Assembly (NCBI GenBank): GCA_046485285.1 | Contig: JAWOHE010000013.1 | Location: 1-27,638, forward strand | Direction: 5' to 3' | DNA: 27,638 bases | Origin: a bacterium | GTDB taxonomy: Bacteria > Hydrothermota > Tepidihabitantia > Tepidihabitantales > Tepidihabitantaceae | Shown: positions 17,046-26,780 of the stretch, piece after piece | How positions within the stretch are numbered: position 1 is the stretch's first letter | Layout of the letters: each line of letters opens with the position of its first letter | Position numbers and translations under genes: made by a program | The notes under the pieces: generated by a model | Told to the model about the DNA's origin: nothing | The model's input: only the letters and a program-made list of their open reading frames with translations | Database searches by the model: none

Positions 17046-17074
17046 ATGCTAAAAGACCCGACCGAGTGAGTCAA
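17046..17074 (-). promoter_or_regulatory. sigma70 promoter of the redox operon, leaderless
   Basis: TTGACT-17-TAGCAT, with ATG 17038 seven nt downstream and no SD. Confidence 0.65.
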
Positions 17075-17093
17075 GCCGGGCAAACCCGAACCG

Positions 17094-18617
17094 CTACTCC
17101 GGCCTGACCACTTTCACCCGCTCAACCCGCTCGCCCGAGTCCACCAGGCAGTAGTACACCCCCGGGGGACGGTCGCCGAGCGCAACGCTGACGACGTGCT
17201 GTCCTGGCCCGAGCCGGCCCCGGTACAGCCGCCCGCCGGCCCGCCCCCCGGCGTCGAACAGGGTGATGCTCACGTCCGCGGACGCGGCCAGTCCAAACCG
17301 CAGTATCGCGACCCCGCCGCGACTGACGACCGCCGCCTGCCCGGACCCGGGCCGGGACGGCCGTTGCTCCTCGATCGCCGTGAAGTGGTAGCCGTCAAAC
17401 CAGACTTGGTCGGTATCCAGCTTCGCATATCCAAGGTACCCGCCGCTGGTCAGCCAGGAGTATCCCACCTGCGCGCCGATGCCCAGCACCATCCGGAAGT
17501 CGTTGCGCACACCCCGCCCCTCCCAGACATTCGGTCCGACCGGGCGCGAGTAGGCGTACACCAGCGAGTCGCGGTTGCGGGTCGGCTCGGGCATCGTCGC
17601 CGCGCCGCGGAAGAGGTCGTCGGCGTATCCCCGGCGCACGCGCGGGAGCCTCGCGTCCCAGGTCACCCGCGTCTGGTTCACCGGCGGCCAGAACCCGGTG
17701 GTCCACCCCGCGCCGCCATTCGTCGTCCAGCCCTGGCCGACCCCGACGATGCTGTCGGCAACGCTGCTGCAGTAAAGCACCACCGCCGCCTGCGCCGTGC
17801 GCCCGGCCTCCCGGTCCGCAGCGACCGACGCCGCCCACACCCGCCCGTTGCCGGCCGAGTCGAGCCGGGCGACCGCCGAGTCCGCGCCTGCGAGGTTCTC
17901 GGTGTAGCGTGTGACCTGCACCCACGCCGAGTCCCGGCTGTTGCAGGCGAGGTACACGCAGCCGTCCCCGCCCGCAGCCAGCGCCGGCAACTCGCAGCCG
18001 GTCGCGGCGACCCGGTGGTTGCCCCAGGTCTGGCCCGAGTCGCTCGAGGCGGCGAGGTGTATCTCTCCCGCCTGCGTCTCCCAGGCCGCGAACAGACGCT
18101 GGGGCGACTCGATGTTCAGATCTGCCGCAACCCGCACGACGGTGTCACTGCCCGGCACGTGGATCCATGCCGGGCTGACCATCATCGGCCGGTGCCGCAG
18201 CAGCCAGAGGCCGATGCCCGGTGGGTTGCCGACCAGCAGGTCGTAGAGCCAGGTGCCGTTAGCGTCACTGCCCACCCGGAGCTCGTAGTCCGCGAACGAC
18301 GCGAACGGGTCGTCGGGGGCAATCTCGTAGGCAGTCGTCCAGCTCCAGCCTCCGTCGGTCGATCGCCAGACGTGGACCCGGTCACCCGGGCCGCCGCCCG
18401 GCTCGAGCAGGCCGACGTAGATGGTGCCGGCCGTGTCCGAGTCAGTGACCAGCTTGCCGGTTGTAAGCGCGCGGCCGACCGCGCCGACCAGCACGTCGTC
18501 GCCCCAGTCGCGCATCGTGTCGGCGAGGACCCGGACTTCAGGGGCGTGGCAGTACTCCACCCGCCCGGACGGCACGTGGTAGACAGGGAAAGCGCAGAGC
18601 AGGACCATCAGCAGCAC
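17094..18617 (-). CDS. Secreted BNR/Asp-box beta-propeller protein with T9SS-like C-terminal domain
   Basis: Asp-boxes RSTDGGWSW, SSDSGQTW, TTNGGAGW; C-terminal LFDAGGR...PGVYY...KVV; AGGAGG SD. Confidence 0.8.
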   Translation of the reverse strand: MLLMVLLCAFPVYHVPSGRVEYCHAPEVRVLADTMRDWGDDVLVGAVGRALTTGKLVTDSDTAGTIYVGLLEPGGGPGDRVHVWRSTDGGWSWTTAYEIAPDDPFASFADYELRVGSDANGTWLYDLLVGNPPGIGLWLLRHRPMMVSPAWIHVPGSDTVVRVAADLNIESPQRLFAAWETQAGEIHLAASSDSGQTWGNHRVAATGCELPALAAGGDGCVYLACNSRDSAWVQVTRYTENLAGADSAVARLDSAGNGRVWAASVAADREAGRTAQAAVVLYCSSVADSIVGVGQGWTTNGGAGWTTGFWPPVNQTRVTWDARLPRVRRGYADDLFRGAATMPEPTRNRDSLVYAYSRPVGPNVWEGRGVRNDFRMVLGIGAQVGYSWLTSGGYLGYAKLDTDQVWFDGYHFTAIEEQRPSRPGSGQAAVVSRGGVAILRFGLAASADVSITLFDAGGRAGGRLYRGRLGPGQHVVSVALGDRPPGVYYCLVDSGERVERVKVVRPE

Positions 18618-18626
18618 CGACCCCTC

Positions 18627-21191
18627 CTATTCCAGCTTCACCAGCTTGCACCGGGCCGCACGGCCCGGGGAAGGTTCCGGCTCGGCGAAGTAGACGCCCC
18701 GCGCCGTCTGCCCGCCGAGCTCGTCCGCCCCGTTCCAGGCAACCGCGCCGCTCGCGCCGACCGCCAGCGTTCGCACCAGCCGCCCCGCGCAATCGCGGAT
18801 GGTGACCGCGCCGCCCGGGGCGGCCTCAAACCGGACCTCGCGCCGGAACGGAACCGGCGCCGCGCGCAGGGTCACCGGGCTGGTGCTGGCCGGCTTCGCT
18901 TCGGCCACTCCGCCGTAGGGCGAGAGCACGCCCTTGATGCGGGGAACCCCGGCCGGGTGACTGTTGATGCTGTCCACCAGCCCGGCGTAGACCATCAGCA
19001 TCTCGCCGCCCGGGCTCGCGGCCAACGCCGGCACCGGAACCTGCCGTTCGTCGGCGACGAGCGGGAAGGTGTCGAACACCGTCGTGCTACGTCCGACCCG
19101 CGCGCCCTGGACCAGCCAGGACGAACCTGCCAGCTCGGCCCAGACGAGGTAGTGATGCGCCCCGTTGAAGACAACGTCCGCGTTGTCGTAGTAGTTCGGG
19201 GACTGCCGGACGAATGCCGGCGGCGAGTCGAGCGCAACCCCGGCCGTGTCCACCCGCAGGCAGCAGATGGCATAATCGGCGCCCTGCCGGTACACCCAGG
19301 TGACGAAGTAGTTGTCGCCATCGAAGGTCAGTGCGGGTTTGCGGTCATGCCCGGGCAGGTTGCTGTAGTAGCGTACTGAATCCAGGGCAGTGCCGTCGTG
19401 GGACAAGCGTCTTCCGGCAACCTCGCTTCCGTAGTGCAGACGGGACTCAGTCCACAGAACGAGAAGCCGTGTTCCATCGAATCGTGCTATCGGGTAGTAG
19501 TTCCAAGTCGTCGAGGGGGGGGTTACGTCAAAGCCGCCCGGATGCGTTACCGAGCCGTCCGTGAGCACGAAAGTTCCCCGGATGTTCGACCCACTGCCTG
19601 CTCGCCAGACTACGAACCACGAGTCTCCGGCGACACAGACGCTGGCTTCCAAGCTGCCCCCGGACGACAGTACCAAGTTGACCGTATCCACCACGCGGCC
19701 CAGTGTGTCAACTCTTGTCCCGTGGAGAGCCTGGCTGAGGCTGCGCAAGTCGGACCAGATGACCAGGAATTGCGTCCCGTTGAACGCCACCTGCGGCGAC
19801 TGTTGGTCGCCCGGGACCGAGCAGATGACAAAAGGGACCGGGTCGAGGGCCGCGCCCGCGTGAGATATTCGCATCCCGTAGATGTCGAGCCCGGTCGTCT
19901 GGCCGCGGTAATCGGTCCAGGCGACGAGATACTGCCCGCCGCCGTCGGCAATTGCCGGCTGCAATTGGGCGTAGTAGAGCGGTATCCACAGGTCCAGCAG
20001 GCCGAATCCTTCCGGGTCGAGCACGCTGTCTCGTGTCGACACCCGGGCCGCCCGGATGTCCCCGCAGACCGTTCCATCCGGTATATCCCGCCAGGCCACC
20101 AGCGCGAGCGTGTCCGCCCCGGCAACACAGGGCTGGTCCTGCGTCCCGGCCGCGACGGTGACCGGGACCCCGTCCGGGTTGGCGACACTGCCGTCCGCCC
20201 GCACACGCGCGGCGTAGAGGTCGGGCACGGTCGCGGAGTTGCGCGAATCAACCCAGACCGCCAGCGCGTCGTCGCCGAGCGCGGTCAGCCGCGGCCGCCG
20301 CTGGGGGCCGGGTGCGGCGGCGACGCGGACCGGCGCGCTGTCGAGCACCGCGCCTGCCGGGGACAGCCGCACGCCCCAGATCTCCGAATCGAGCAGGGCG
20401 CTTTCCTCCCAGGCGATGAGCGCGTTCTCACCGAGTCTGACCACCGCCGGCCGTTCCTGGTCGTACCGGTCCGGCCACAGCTCAATGCCGGCGGTGTCGA
20501 GGACCGCCCCGTCCGGTCCCAGCCGCGCGCACCGGACCTGCGGATACTGACCGTTCCGCCAGTCCTCCCACGCGACGACGAAGCCGCTGTCGGTTGCGGC
20601 GACGGCGGGTTGCGCCTGCGCGCGGCCCGCACGGCAGACCGGCACCGCCGGACCGACCGCACCCGACGAATCGAGGATTGCCGCGTAGACGTCGCCGTCC
20701 CCGGACTGCTCCTCCCAGGCCACCAGCCAGCGCCCGTGCCCATAGGCAGCCGCCGGGCTGCGCGAGTCGCCGCTCCCGGCGCGGATGGGGAGTGCCTGCG
20801 GGTCGAGCAGGTTGCCGCCCGCGTCAACCCGCGCGCCGAATATGTCCCAGCGCGTCCCGCTGCGACGGTCCTCCCAGACGACCAGACACGCACCCGCGCC
20901 CCCGGCGACCTGCGGACTGCGCTGGTCCAGCGAGCAGTCCGAAACCACGAACGCGTGGGAGTCGAGCACCTCGCCCGAATGCGCGACCCTTACAGCGAGC
21001 AGATCCCAGTCGGTCCCGGTCCGGGTCTGCCAGGCGACAAGGAAGTTGTCGCCGCAGACCGCCGCGGCGGGCATCTCCTCGATGCTGTCCCCCGGCCACC
21101 AGACCGGGGTGGTGTCGAGGATGAAGCTCTCGGGCACGGGCTGGCCTGCGGCAAGCGCGGCAAGCAGGACGACGGGAACGGCGATGCGCAT
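18627..21191 (-). CDS. Secreted 14-repeat beta-propeller protein with FlgD/T9SS-like C-terminal domain
   Basis: Signal peptide; repeats P.VA.DG..YLVVW.D.R...DIYGARV...G.VLDP; C-terminal AGRLVR...WNG.D...GVYF. Confidence 0.85.
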   Translation of the reverse strand: MRIAVPVVLLAALAAGQPVPESFILDTTPVWWPGDSIEEMPAAAVCGDNFLVAWQTRTGTDWDLLAVRVAHSGEVLDSHAFVVSDCSLDQRSPQVAGGAGACLVVWEDRRSGTRWDIFGARVDAGGNLLDPQALPIRAGSGDSRSPAAAYGHGRWLVAWEEQSGDGDVYAAILDSSGAVGPAVPVCRAGRAQAQPAVAATDSGFVVAWEDWRNGQYPQVRCARLGPDGAVLDTAGIELWPDRYDQERPAVVRLGENALIAWEESALLDSEIWGVRLSPAGAVLDSAPVRVAAAPGPQRRPRLTALGDDALAVWVDSRNSATVPDLYAARVRADGSVANPDGVPVTVAAGTQDQPCVAGADTLALVAWRDIPDGTVCGDIRAARVSTRDSVLDPEGFGLLDLWIPLYYAQLQPAIADGGGQYLVAWTDYRGQTTGLDIYGMRISHAGAALDPVPFVICSVPGDQQSPQVAFNGTQFLVIWSDLRSLSQALHGTRVDTLGRVVDTVNLVLSSGGSLEASVCVAGDSWFVVWRAGSGSNIRGTFVLTDGSVTHPGGFDVTPPSTTWNYYPIARFDGTRLLVLWTESRLHYGSEVAGRRLSHDGTALDSVRYYSNLPGHDRKPALTFDGDNYFVTWVYRQGADYAICCLRVDTAGVALDSPPAFVRQSPNYYDNADVVFNGAHHYLVWAELAGSSWLVQGARVGRSTTVFDTFPLVADERQVPVPALAASPGGEMLMVYAGLVDSINSHPAGVPRIKGVLSPYGGVAEAKPASTSPVTLRAAPVPFRREVRFEAAPGGAVTIRDCAGRLVRTLAVGASGAVAWNGADELGGQTARGVYFAEPEPSPGRAARCKLVKLE

Positions 21192-21194
21192 CGC

Positions 21195-24143
21195 TCAGTC
21201 CAGCAGGACGGACTTCCGTTCAGCGAGGCCGCCCGCGGCGTCGGTCAGCCGGACGAAGTAGACCCCGGCCGCGACCGGTCGGCCGGACGCGTCGCGCCAG
21301 TCCCAGCCCGGCCCTCCCCCGGCGCCGGGCTCGACGACGGCGACCCGGCGCCCGTCGGTCCCGAACACCTCGAGCCTGAGCAGTCCCGGCCCGCCCGAGC
21401 CGGCGCACGTCAGCGCTTGCCCGCGCCGCAGGACGCTCGCCCCGGCCAGCACCGGCAAGCCGCCGGGCGGTCCTTCCTCGAGACCGGTCGGTAGGTACGC
21501 GAACTGCCAGGCAACGCTGAAACGGCTCCACAGCGAGTCGTCGAAGACACGACACGTCCAGCGATGAGTCGCGCCCGGGACGATGACATCGTCGGGCACG
21601 GTACAGCGGGGCGCTTCTGAGCAGTACCGCCAGAGCGTATCCCCGCCGAGCATTACCCGGAAGTCGAAGCTGTCGAGCGCGGGCCTGAGTGAGTCAACCA
21701 ACAGGACTACCGGCAGTTCCGGGATGGAGTGGTTGTGAGGCGGCCAGACGAGCCCTGGCGGCGCCGGTCGACCGTCGTCGTGCAAGAGCCGTCCCCAGAT
21801 GCGGTTCCGCCCGCACGGGCGGTGATTCACGGAGTCGGCCCGGGCCGAGTAGACTGCCATGAAACGGGACGAGCCCCCCGAACAGACTCCCGGGTTCGCC
21901 GTAACATCATCGGCTTCGGCAATGCCCAGGCTTTCGACTGCGCCACTCACAGGGTCGTACCACACCCCTTTCAGAAGCCTTCCTTCAGGCCAGACGGCGA
22001 GATACCTCGGGCTTCCGTAGGCGACTGCGGGCTCGGGCTTTGCGGGCGACCCGCTGGCGGACAGTATCATCGCGTCTCCGACTCCTCCCTCGCGGGAAAC
22101 CGGGACGCCGTAAATGGCGGCCAGCGAAGTCTGTTCGAAGACCACCAGGAAATCCCGTCCGTCGCTGGCGACCGCCGGAGGACCCTCATAGAAGTGCGCC
22201 GGAGTCAGGTCCAGTCCCTCAGGATCCGGGTAGGTCCTGTCCGGGGCGATGCGCCCTGCGTAGATCTCGTTCGCGTATCCCGAGTTCCACCGCTGGTCGA
22301 TCCAGGTCAAGAGGCCCAGTCCGGAGTCGGCATAGACGATGTCGGGCTTGTAGCCCTCGCCGCTGATGCCAACTCCCCTGCGGTGGATCGCCCCGCCCTG
22401 AGCGACCCAGGCGGCATCGAGGTGCCTCAGGTTGCCCCCGGTCTCACGGTACCAGGCAACGTAGAAGTATGTCCCATCGAATGCGACCGCCGGACCGTGC
22501 TCTCCCACCGACGTGCCGGGAGAGAGCCAGATACCGTTCCCGTCAAGCACGTCGCCATCCCTGGTGACCCGCGTGCCGAAGATCTCGCTGCCATAGCCAC
22601 CGGAAACGCGCAGGTCTCTCCACACGACGAGGTAGCAACTGTCTCCCCAGGCGACATCAGCGTATCCCTGCTCCGCAGCCGCCGCGCTGATGAGCAACGG
22701 CACGGAATCGAGCAAGCCTCCGGAACCGGAGACGCGCATGCCCCGGATGTCCTCGCCGGTGCCGACATCACGGTCCTCCTGCCACACCACAAGGTAGTTC
22801 TCTCCATCAAACGCAAGCGACGGCCGTGACTGGTTCGCGAACTTCGGCACGAGGGCCTGCGTGTCCGGCACCGGGAATGCGCTGTCGAGCACGGTTCCGT
22901 CCGGGCTGATGCGGGTCGCGAAGACGTCGGCGTCGTTCGGCCAGCGGAAATCGAGCCAGACGAGAAGCCAGTTGCCCGCGCCGGCGGCGACTGCCGGGTT
23001 GGACTCTGTCTGAGGCTTGCGCGTCCAGGCTGACCCGCCCGGGTCGAGAACGACCCCGCTCGGGGTCACCCGCGCGCCATAGATGTCCGGGTTGCCGTCG
23101 CGCCAGTCCTGCCACGTGACTGCGTAGTTCGCCCCGTCGAACGCCACCGCCGGGTTCTCCTGCGCGTGGCTGTACGTGCAGACCGCAATGGGACGCCGGT
23201 CGAGCACTACGCCATCCGGGCTCACCCGCGCCGCGAGTATATCTGCCAGCGCGCCCTCGCCGGCCCGCCAGACAGCGAGGAAGTTCTCTCCATTGGTTGC
23301 CACGACGGGAACCCGGGCGTCACCACCCTCGCCGGCGATGATGATTGGCATCGTATCCAGCGGCACCCCCGCGCTGTCAAGCACGGTGCCAAGTATGTCC
23401 CACTGCCCGGTCCATTTGCTCTCCCACGCAACCAGGCTGCCGTTCGGCAGTGCCGCAACCGCCGCAAGCTGGTTTGCGTGCAGCAGGGAGAGCCCGTGGT
23501 GTATGCGCAGGCCATTGGGGTAGCGGACCTGTCCCGTGGTGGAGACCGGTGTTGCCCGGATGTCCCAGCGACGACCATCAGGCGAGGCATTCCACGCGAC
23601 GATGAACTTGGTGCCGTCGTAGGCTACCGCCGGGTTGTAGTGCCGCTGGAGGTCATCGGCTATAACTATCCCCCCGGGGTTGACTCTGCCGTTGGCCGAT
23701 ACAAGCGCGCCTCCAATCTTCGGAACGTAGTTCGTTGCATACCCCCAGAGAACGAGGTAACTGGTATCGCCCCAGGCCACCGCGCATCGTGCGGCTCCGG
23801 ACTGGGTAAATGTCCTGATGATGACCCCACCGGGGTCCAGAAGTTGGCCCGTGGCGGAAACCCGCGCGCAGTACACCCGGTTGTCCGGGTAGAGGGCCTG
23901 CTTCCAGACCACCAGGTAGTCCGTGCCGTTCGAGGCCACCGCCGGAGTGAGTACCGGATCCGCGGTTCTGGTCAGGCCAATCGGTACAGTGTCCAGCATG
24001 AACCCGACCGTGTCCTGCACAAAGGCCTGCGGCGACTCGCCCCGGGTGCTGTTGACCTGCTCGACAATGGCGTGCGGGTCGAACGGCAACTCACCTGAAA
24101 CTGCGGCCGCCAGCGTGCAGACCAGCGAGAAGAGCGTTCGCAT
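21195..24143 (-). CDS. Secreted 14-repeat beta-propeller protein with extra Ig/Fn3-like domain and FlgD/T9SS-like C-terminal domain
   Basis: Same repeat as its neighbours; extra PAPPGLVWP...WSRFSVAWQF segment; C-terminal DGRRV...WDWRD.SG..VAAGVYFVRL. Confidence 0.85.
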   Translation of the reverse strand: MRTLFSLVCTLAAAVSGELPFDPHAIVEQVNSTRGESPQAFVQDTVGFMLDTVPIGLTRTADPVLTPAVASNGTDYLVVWKQALYPDNRVYCARVSATGQLLDPGGVIIRTFTQSGAARCAVAWGDTSYLVLWGYATNYVPKIGGALVSANGRVNPGGIVIADDLQRHYNPAVAYDGTKFIVAWNASPDGRRWDIRATPVSTTGQVRYPNGLRIHHGLSLLHANQLAAVAALPNGSLVAWESKWTGQWDILGTVLDSAGVPLDTMPIIIAGEGGDARVPVVATNGENFLAVWRAGEGALADILAARVSPDGVVLDRRPIAVCTYSHAQENPAVAFDGANYAVTWQDWRDGNPDIYGARVTPSGVVLDPGGSAWTRKPQTESNPAVAAGAGNWLLVWLDFRWPNDADVFATRISPDGTVLDSAFPVPDTQALVPKFANQSRPSLAFDGENYLVVWQEDRDVGTGEDIRGMRVSGSGGLLDSVPLLISAAAAEQGYADVAWGDSCYLVVWRDLRVSGGYGSEIFGTRVTRDGDVLDGNGIWLSPGTSVGEHGPAVAFDGTYFYVAWYRETGGNLRHLDAAWVAQGGAIHRRGVGISGEGYKPDIVYADSGLGLLTWIDQRWNSGYANEIYAGRIAPDRTYPDPEGLDLTPAHFYEGPPAVASDGRDFLVVFEQTSLAAIYGVPVSREGGVGDAMILSASGSPAKPEPAVAYGSPRYLAVWPEGRLLKGVWYDPVSGAVESLGIAEADDVTANPGVCSGGSSRFMAVYSARADSVNHRPCGRNRIWGRLLHDDGRPAPPGLVWPPHNHSIPELPVVLLVDSLRPALDSFDFRVMLGGDTLWRYCSEAPRCTVPDDVIVPGATHRWTCRVFDDSLWSRFSVAWQFAYLPTGLEEGPPGGLPVLAGASVLRRGQALTCAGSGGPGLLRLEVFGTDGRRVAVVEPGAGGGPGWDWRDASGRPVAAGVYFVRLTDAAGGLAERKSVLLD

Positions 24144-24146
24144 CGC

Positions 24147-26747
24147 CTACTCCAGTTTGATGGCCTTCCGGCGCTCGACCGGCCCCGGCCCGACCGCCTC
24201 GACCAGGTACACCCCGCTGGGCAGTTCCGCGCCCTGTCCATCCCGGCCGTCCCACTCCCGCGCCTCGCGGTCCAGCACCCGGACGCGGCGCCCGGCCGCG
24301 TCGTGGATGTGGAACCCGTGGACTCCCGACTCCCGCGCGACGACCAGTCGTACCGACTGCCGGAACTGTGCCGGGTGGACGGCGAACCCGGCCCCTGCCC
24401 CTGCCGTCACGGTGTCGCCGGCCACCCCGCCGGTGACCGGCCGGCGGAAGTCCTCGCGCGGCAATCCGAGCAGCGCGGCCCAGATGCGCGCCAGCGTATC
24501 CCACGGCATTCCGGGCTGGGTCCGGCCGGAGAAGACCAGTAGCCCTCCGCCCGGACCGGACGCGACGGAAGGGGAAGCCGGCCTGGCGAGTGGGTCAGCC
24601 AGCGATACCGCAAACGAGTCAATCTTGCCACACTCACGGCTCAGCATGGTTCCCTTGATGACCGTCGAGTAGTCGCCCGCCCACGCGACGATGAAGTGCT
24701 CGCCGTTGAAGTCGACCGTCGGGTATAGCATGTTGCCGCCGCCCGGGCCCCAGGAGAGGATTCTGCCGCTGGGATCGAGGACCTCAGCCGACGGCGTCAC
24801 CCGCGTGCCCGATATCCGGCTGTAGGTAGTCCAGACAACCAGGTAGTTCTCGCCGTCGAACGCCACGTCCGCGAATCTGCCGCCGCTCGTTGAGATGTTG
24901 AAGCCGCTCGGGTCAACGACCGTTCCACCGGGACGAACTCGCGCGCCCTTGACGTAGTGGTCCGTGTGCCAGACCACCAGGTAGTTCTGGCCGTCGAACG
25001 CCACTGCCGGGTTCCGCTTCGTGTCGGTCCCGACCGACACGATAAACCCCCCGGGGTCGAGGACGGTCCCGTCCTCTCGCACGCGCGCGGCGCGAATCTC
25101 GTCCTGGCTCCAGTCCCGGTGCCAGGCGACAAGGAACTGGCCGGCGCCGCAGGTCACATCCGGTTCTGCTCCGGAGTCGGCGAGTAACGTGCCGTAGTTG
25201 TCGAGCACGCGGCCCGACTCAGTCACGATGGTCACGCGCGGACCGCCGGGGTACGCCCAGACGACCGCGTAGGACGACTCGCCGCGCGCAACCGCCGGGG
25301 TCAGTTCGTCACCGCCGCCCATTGCCACCGGGAAGCTCGCCGTGTCGCGCGGCATGCCATCGGGCCCGAGAACCCGCGCGCAGATGTCCGTGCGCCAGTA
25401 AGCGCCCGTCGTGTCGCGACTCTCCCAGACCGCGAGGTAGCCGCCGCGGCCCGCCGCCAGCGCCGGTGCCGTCTGCCCGGTCCAGCAGGAGTGAAGAGCA
25501 GGCAGCCGCTCGGGCTCACCGGTCACCGCTCCGGCCGTGTCGACCCCGACCCCGTACAAGCTGACCTTTACGGCGCGATTGTCATTCAGGCAGACCAGCC
25601 AGCCGCCGGCGGTGGCGCAGGAATTCGCAAGGTACTGGCCGTATTCTCGGACCGCCAGCCGGATGCCGGCCGTGTCGATGACAACACCCTCGCGCGTCAT
25701 CCGGCATCCCCAGATGTCTTCCCTCGATGACGTCAGGAAGGTCTGCCATGTCACCAGGTAGCGGCCGTGCCCGTATGAGACCCGGGGCTCGGTCTGCGGC
25801 ACCCAGCCGGCCGGCGAGACCTGAATGTGGTCGCCGACCGGCCGGCCTTCCGAAACCCGCGTCGCGTAGACGGCGCGCGGCGTGTCCTCGTTCTGCCAGA
25901 CAACGATGAAGTCCTGTCCATCCGACGCCACCGCCGGGTGCCCTGCGGAGTGGCGCAGGCGGCGGTCCCCGGCGATGTCAAACCCGGCCGGGTCGAGTAT
26001 CGTCCCGTTTCCCATGACCCTCGCCCCGCGCGTGGTCCAGGCTCCTGCTTCGTCGCTCTTCCAGACAACGAGGAACTCGCTTCCGCTCCAGGCCGCGTCC
26101 GGCAGGGTCTGGATGCCGGGGCCGGTACCGATCGGCAGCCCGCCCGGGTCGAGCAGCGTGCCGTCGAAAGCCACCCGCGCCCCGAACACATCCGTGCCGG
26201 TCCGGTTGTCCGTCCATACCACCAGCCAGGCCGAATCGCCCGCGGTCACCCGCGGGTAGAGTTGGTCGTTGGCGACCACGCTGACCGGGAACCCCCCGGG
26301 GTCCAGCACCGCCCCATCGAAGGCGACGCGCGCGGCGTAGATGTCGAAGTTTCCGGACCGCCGGTCCTGCCACGCGACGAGGTGGCAGGCATCCCCGCGG
26401 GCTATTGCCGGCCGAGCCTGCTGGCCGGCGGCCCTGCAGATGCTGACCTGACTCCGACTGGCTCTCCGCACTTCACTCGTGACCAGGCCGCCCGAGATGT
26501 CGCCACTGCTGTTGTTATCGCACCAGACCGCGAAGCACAGCGAGTCGCCGGCGGCTACGGCGCCGTACCACTGGTCGAGCAGAATGCTGGCCGTTCCCGT
26601 GTCCACAACCCACATCGCCGGGTCGGTGCCGCCTGAGAAATGCCCGGCGTCGGCGCGCGCGGACACCTCCCCCGCCGGCCCGGTGGCCGGTGCTGACGCG
26701 AACAGGCACAATGCGGACGCTACTGCCAGCAGGATGGTTTCCTCCAC
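24147..26747 (-). CDS. Secreted 14-repeat beta-propeller protein with FlgD/T9SS-like C-terminal domain
   Basis: Same repeat; C-terminal DAAGRRVR...WDGRD..G..LPSGVY. Start moved to about GTG 26747, where the signal peptide begins just after the promoter. Exact start uncertain. Confidence 0.82.
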   Translation of the reverse strand: MEETILLAVASALCLFASAPATGPAGEVSARADAGHFSGGTDPAMWVVDTGTASILLDQWYGAVAAGDSLCFAVWCDNNSSGDISGGLVTSEVRRASRSQVSICRAAGQQARPAIARGDACHLVAWQDRRSGNFDIYAARVAFDGAVLDPGGFPVSVVANDQLYPRVTAGDSAWLVVWTDNRTGTDVFGARVAFDGTLLDPGGLPIGTGPGIQTLPDAAWSGSEFLVVWKSDEAGAWTTRGARVMGNGTILDPAGFDIAGDRRLRHSAGHPAVASDGQDFIVVWQNEDTPRAVYATRVSEGRPVGDHIQVSPAGWVPQTEPRVSYGHGRYLVTWQTFLTSSREDIWGCRMTREGVVIDTAGIRLAVREYGQYLANSCATAGGWLVCLNDNRAVKVSLYGVGVDTAGAVTGEPERLPALHSCWTGQTAPALAAGRGGYLAVWESRDTTGAYWRTDICARVLGPDGMPRDTASFPVAMGGGDELTPAVARGESSYAVVWAYPGGPRVTIVTESGRVLDNYGTLLADSGAEPDVTCGAGQFLVAWHRDWSQDEIRAARVREDGTVLDPGGFIVSVGTDTKRNPAVAFDGQNYLVVWHTDHYVKGARVRPGGTVVDPSGFNISTSGGRFADVAFDGENYLVVWTTYSRISGTRVTPSAEVLDPSGRILSWGPGGGNMLYPTVDFNGEHFIVAWAGDYSTVIKGTMLSRECGKIDSFAVSLADPLARPASPSVASGPGGGLLVFSGRTQPGMPWDTLARIWAALLGLPREDFRRPVTGGVAGDTVTAGAGAGFAVHPAQFRQSVRLVVARESGVHGFHIHDAAGRRVRVLDREAREWDGRDGQGAELPSGVYLVEAVGPGPVERRKAIKLE

Positions 26748-26751
26748 GGCT

Positions 26752-26780
26752 AGTGTAGTCCGGGGCGTTCCCCGTGTCAA
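26752..26780 (-). promoter_or_regulatory. sigma70 promoter of the propeller gene array
   Basis: TTGACA-17-TACACT. Confidence 0.7.

Noticed and set aside
17196-21494. Long plus-strand ORFs (727 aa and 698 aa) and similar Arg/Pro-rich ORFs elsewhere
   Set aside because: Antisense shadows of high-GC genes with no recognisable motifs
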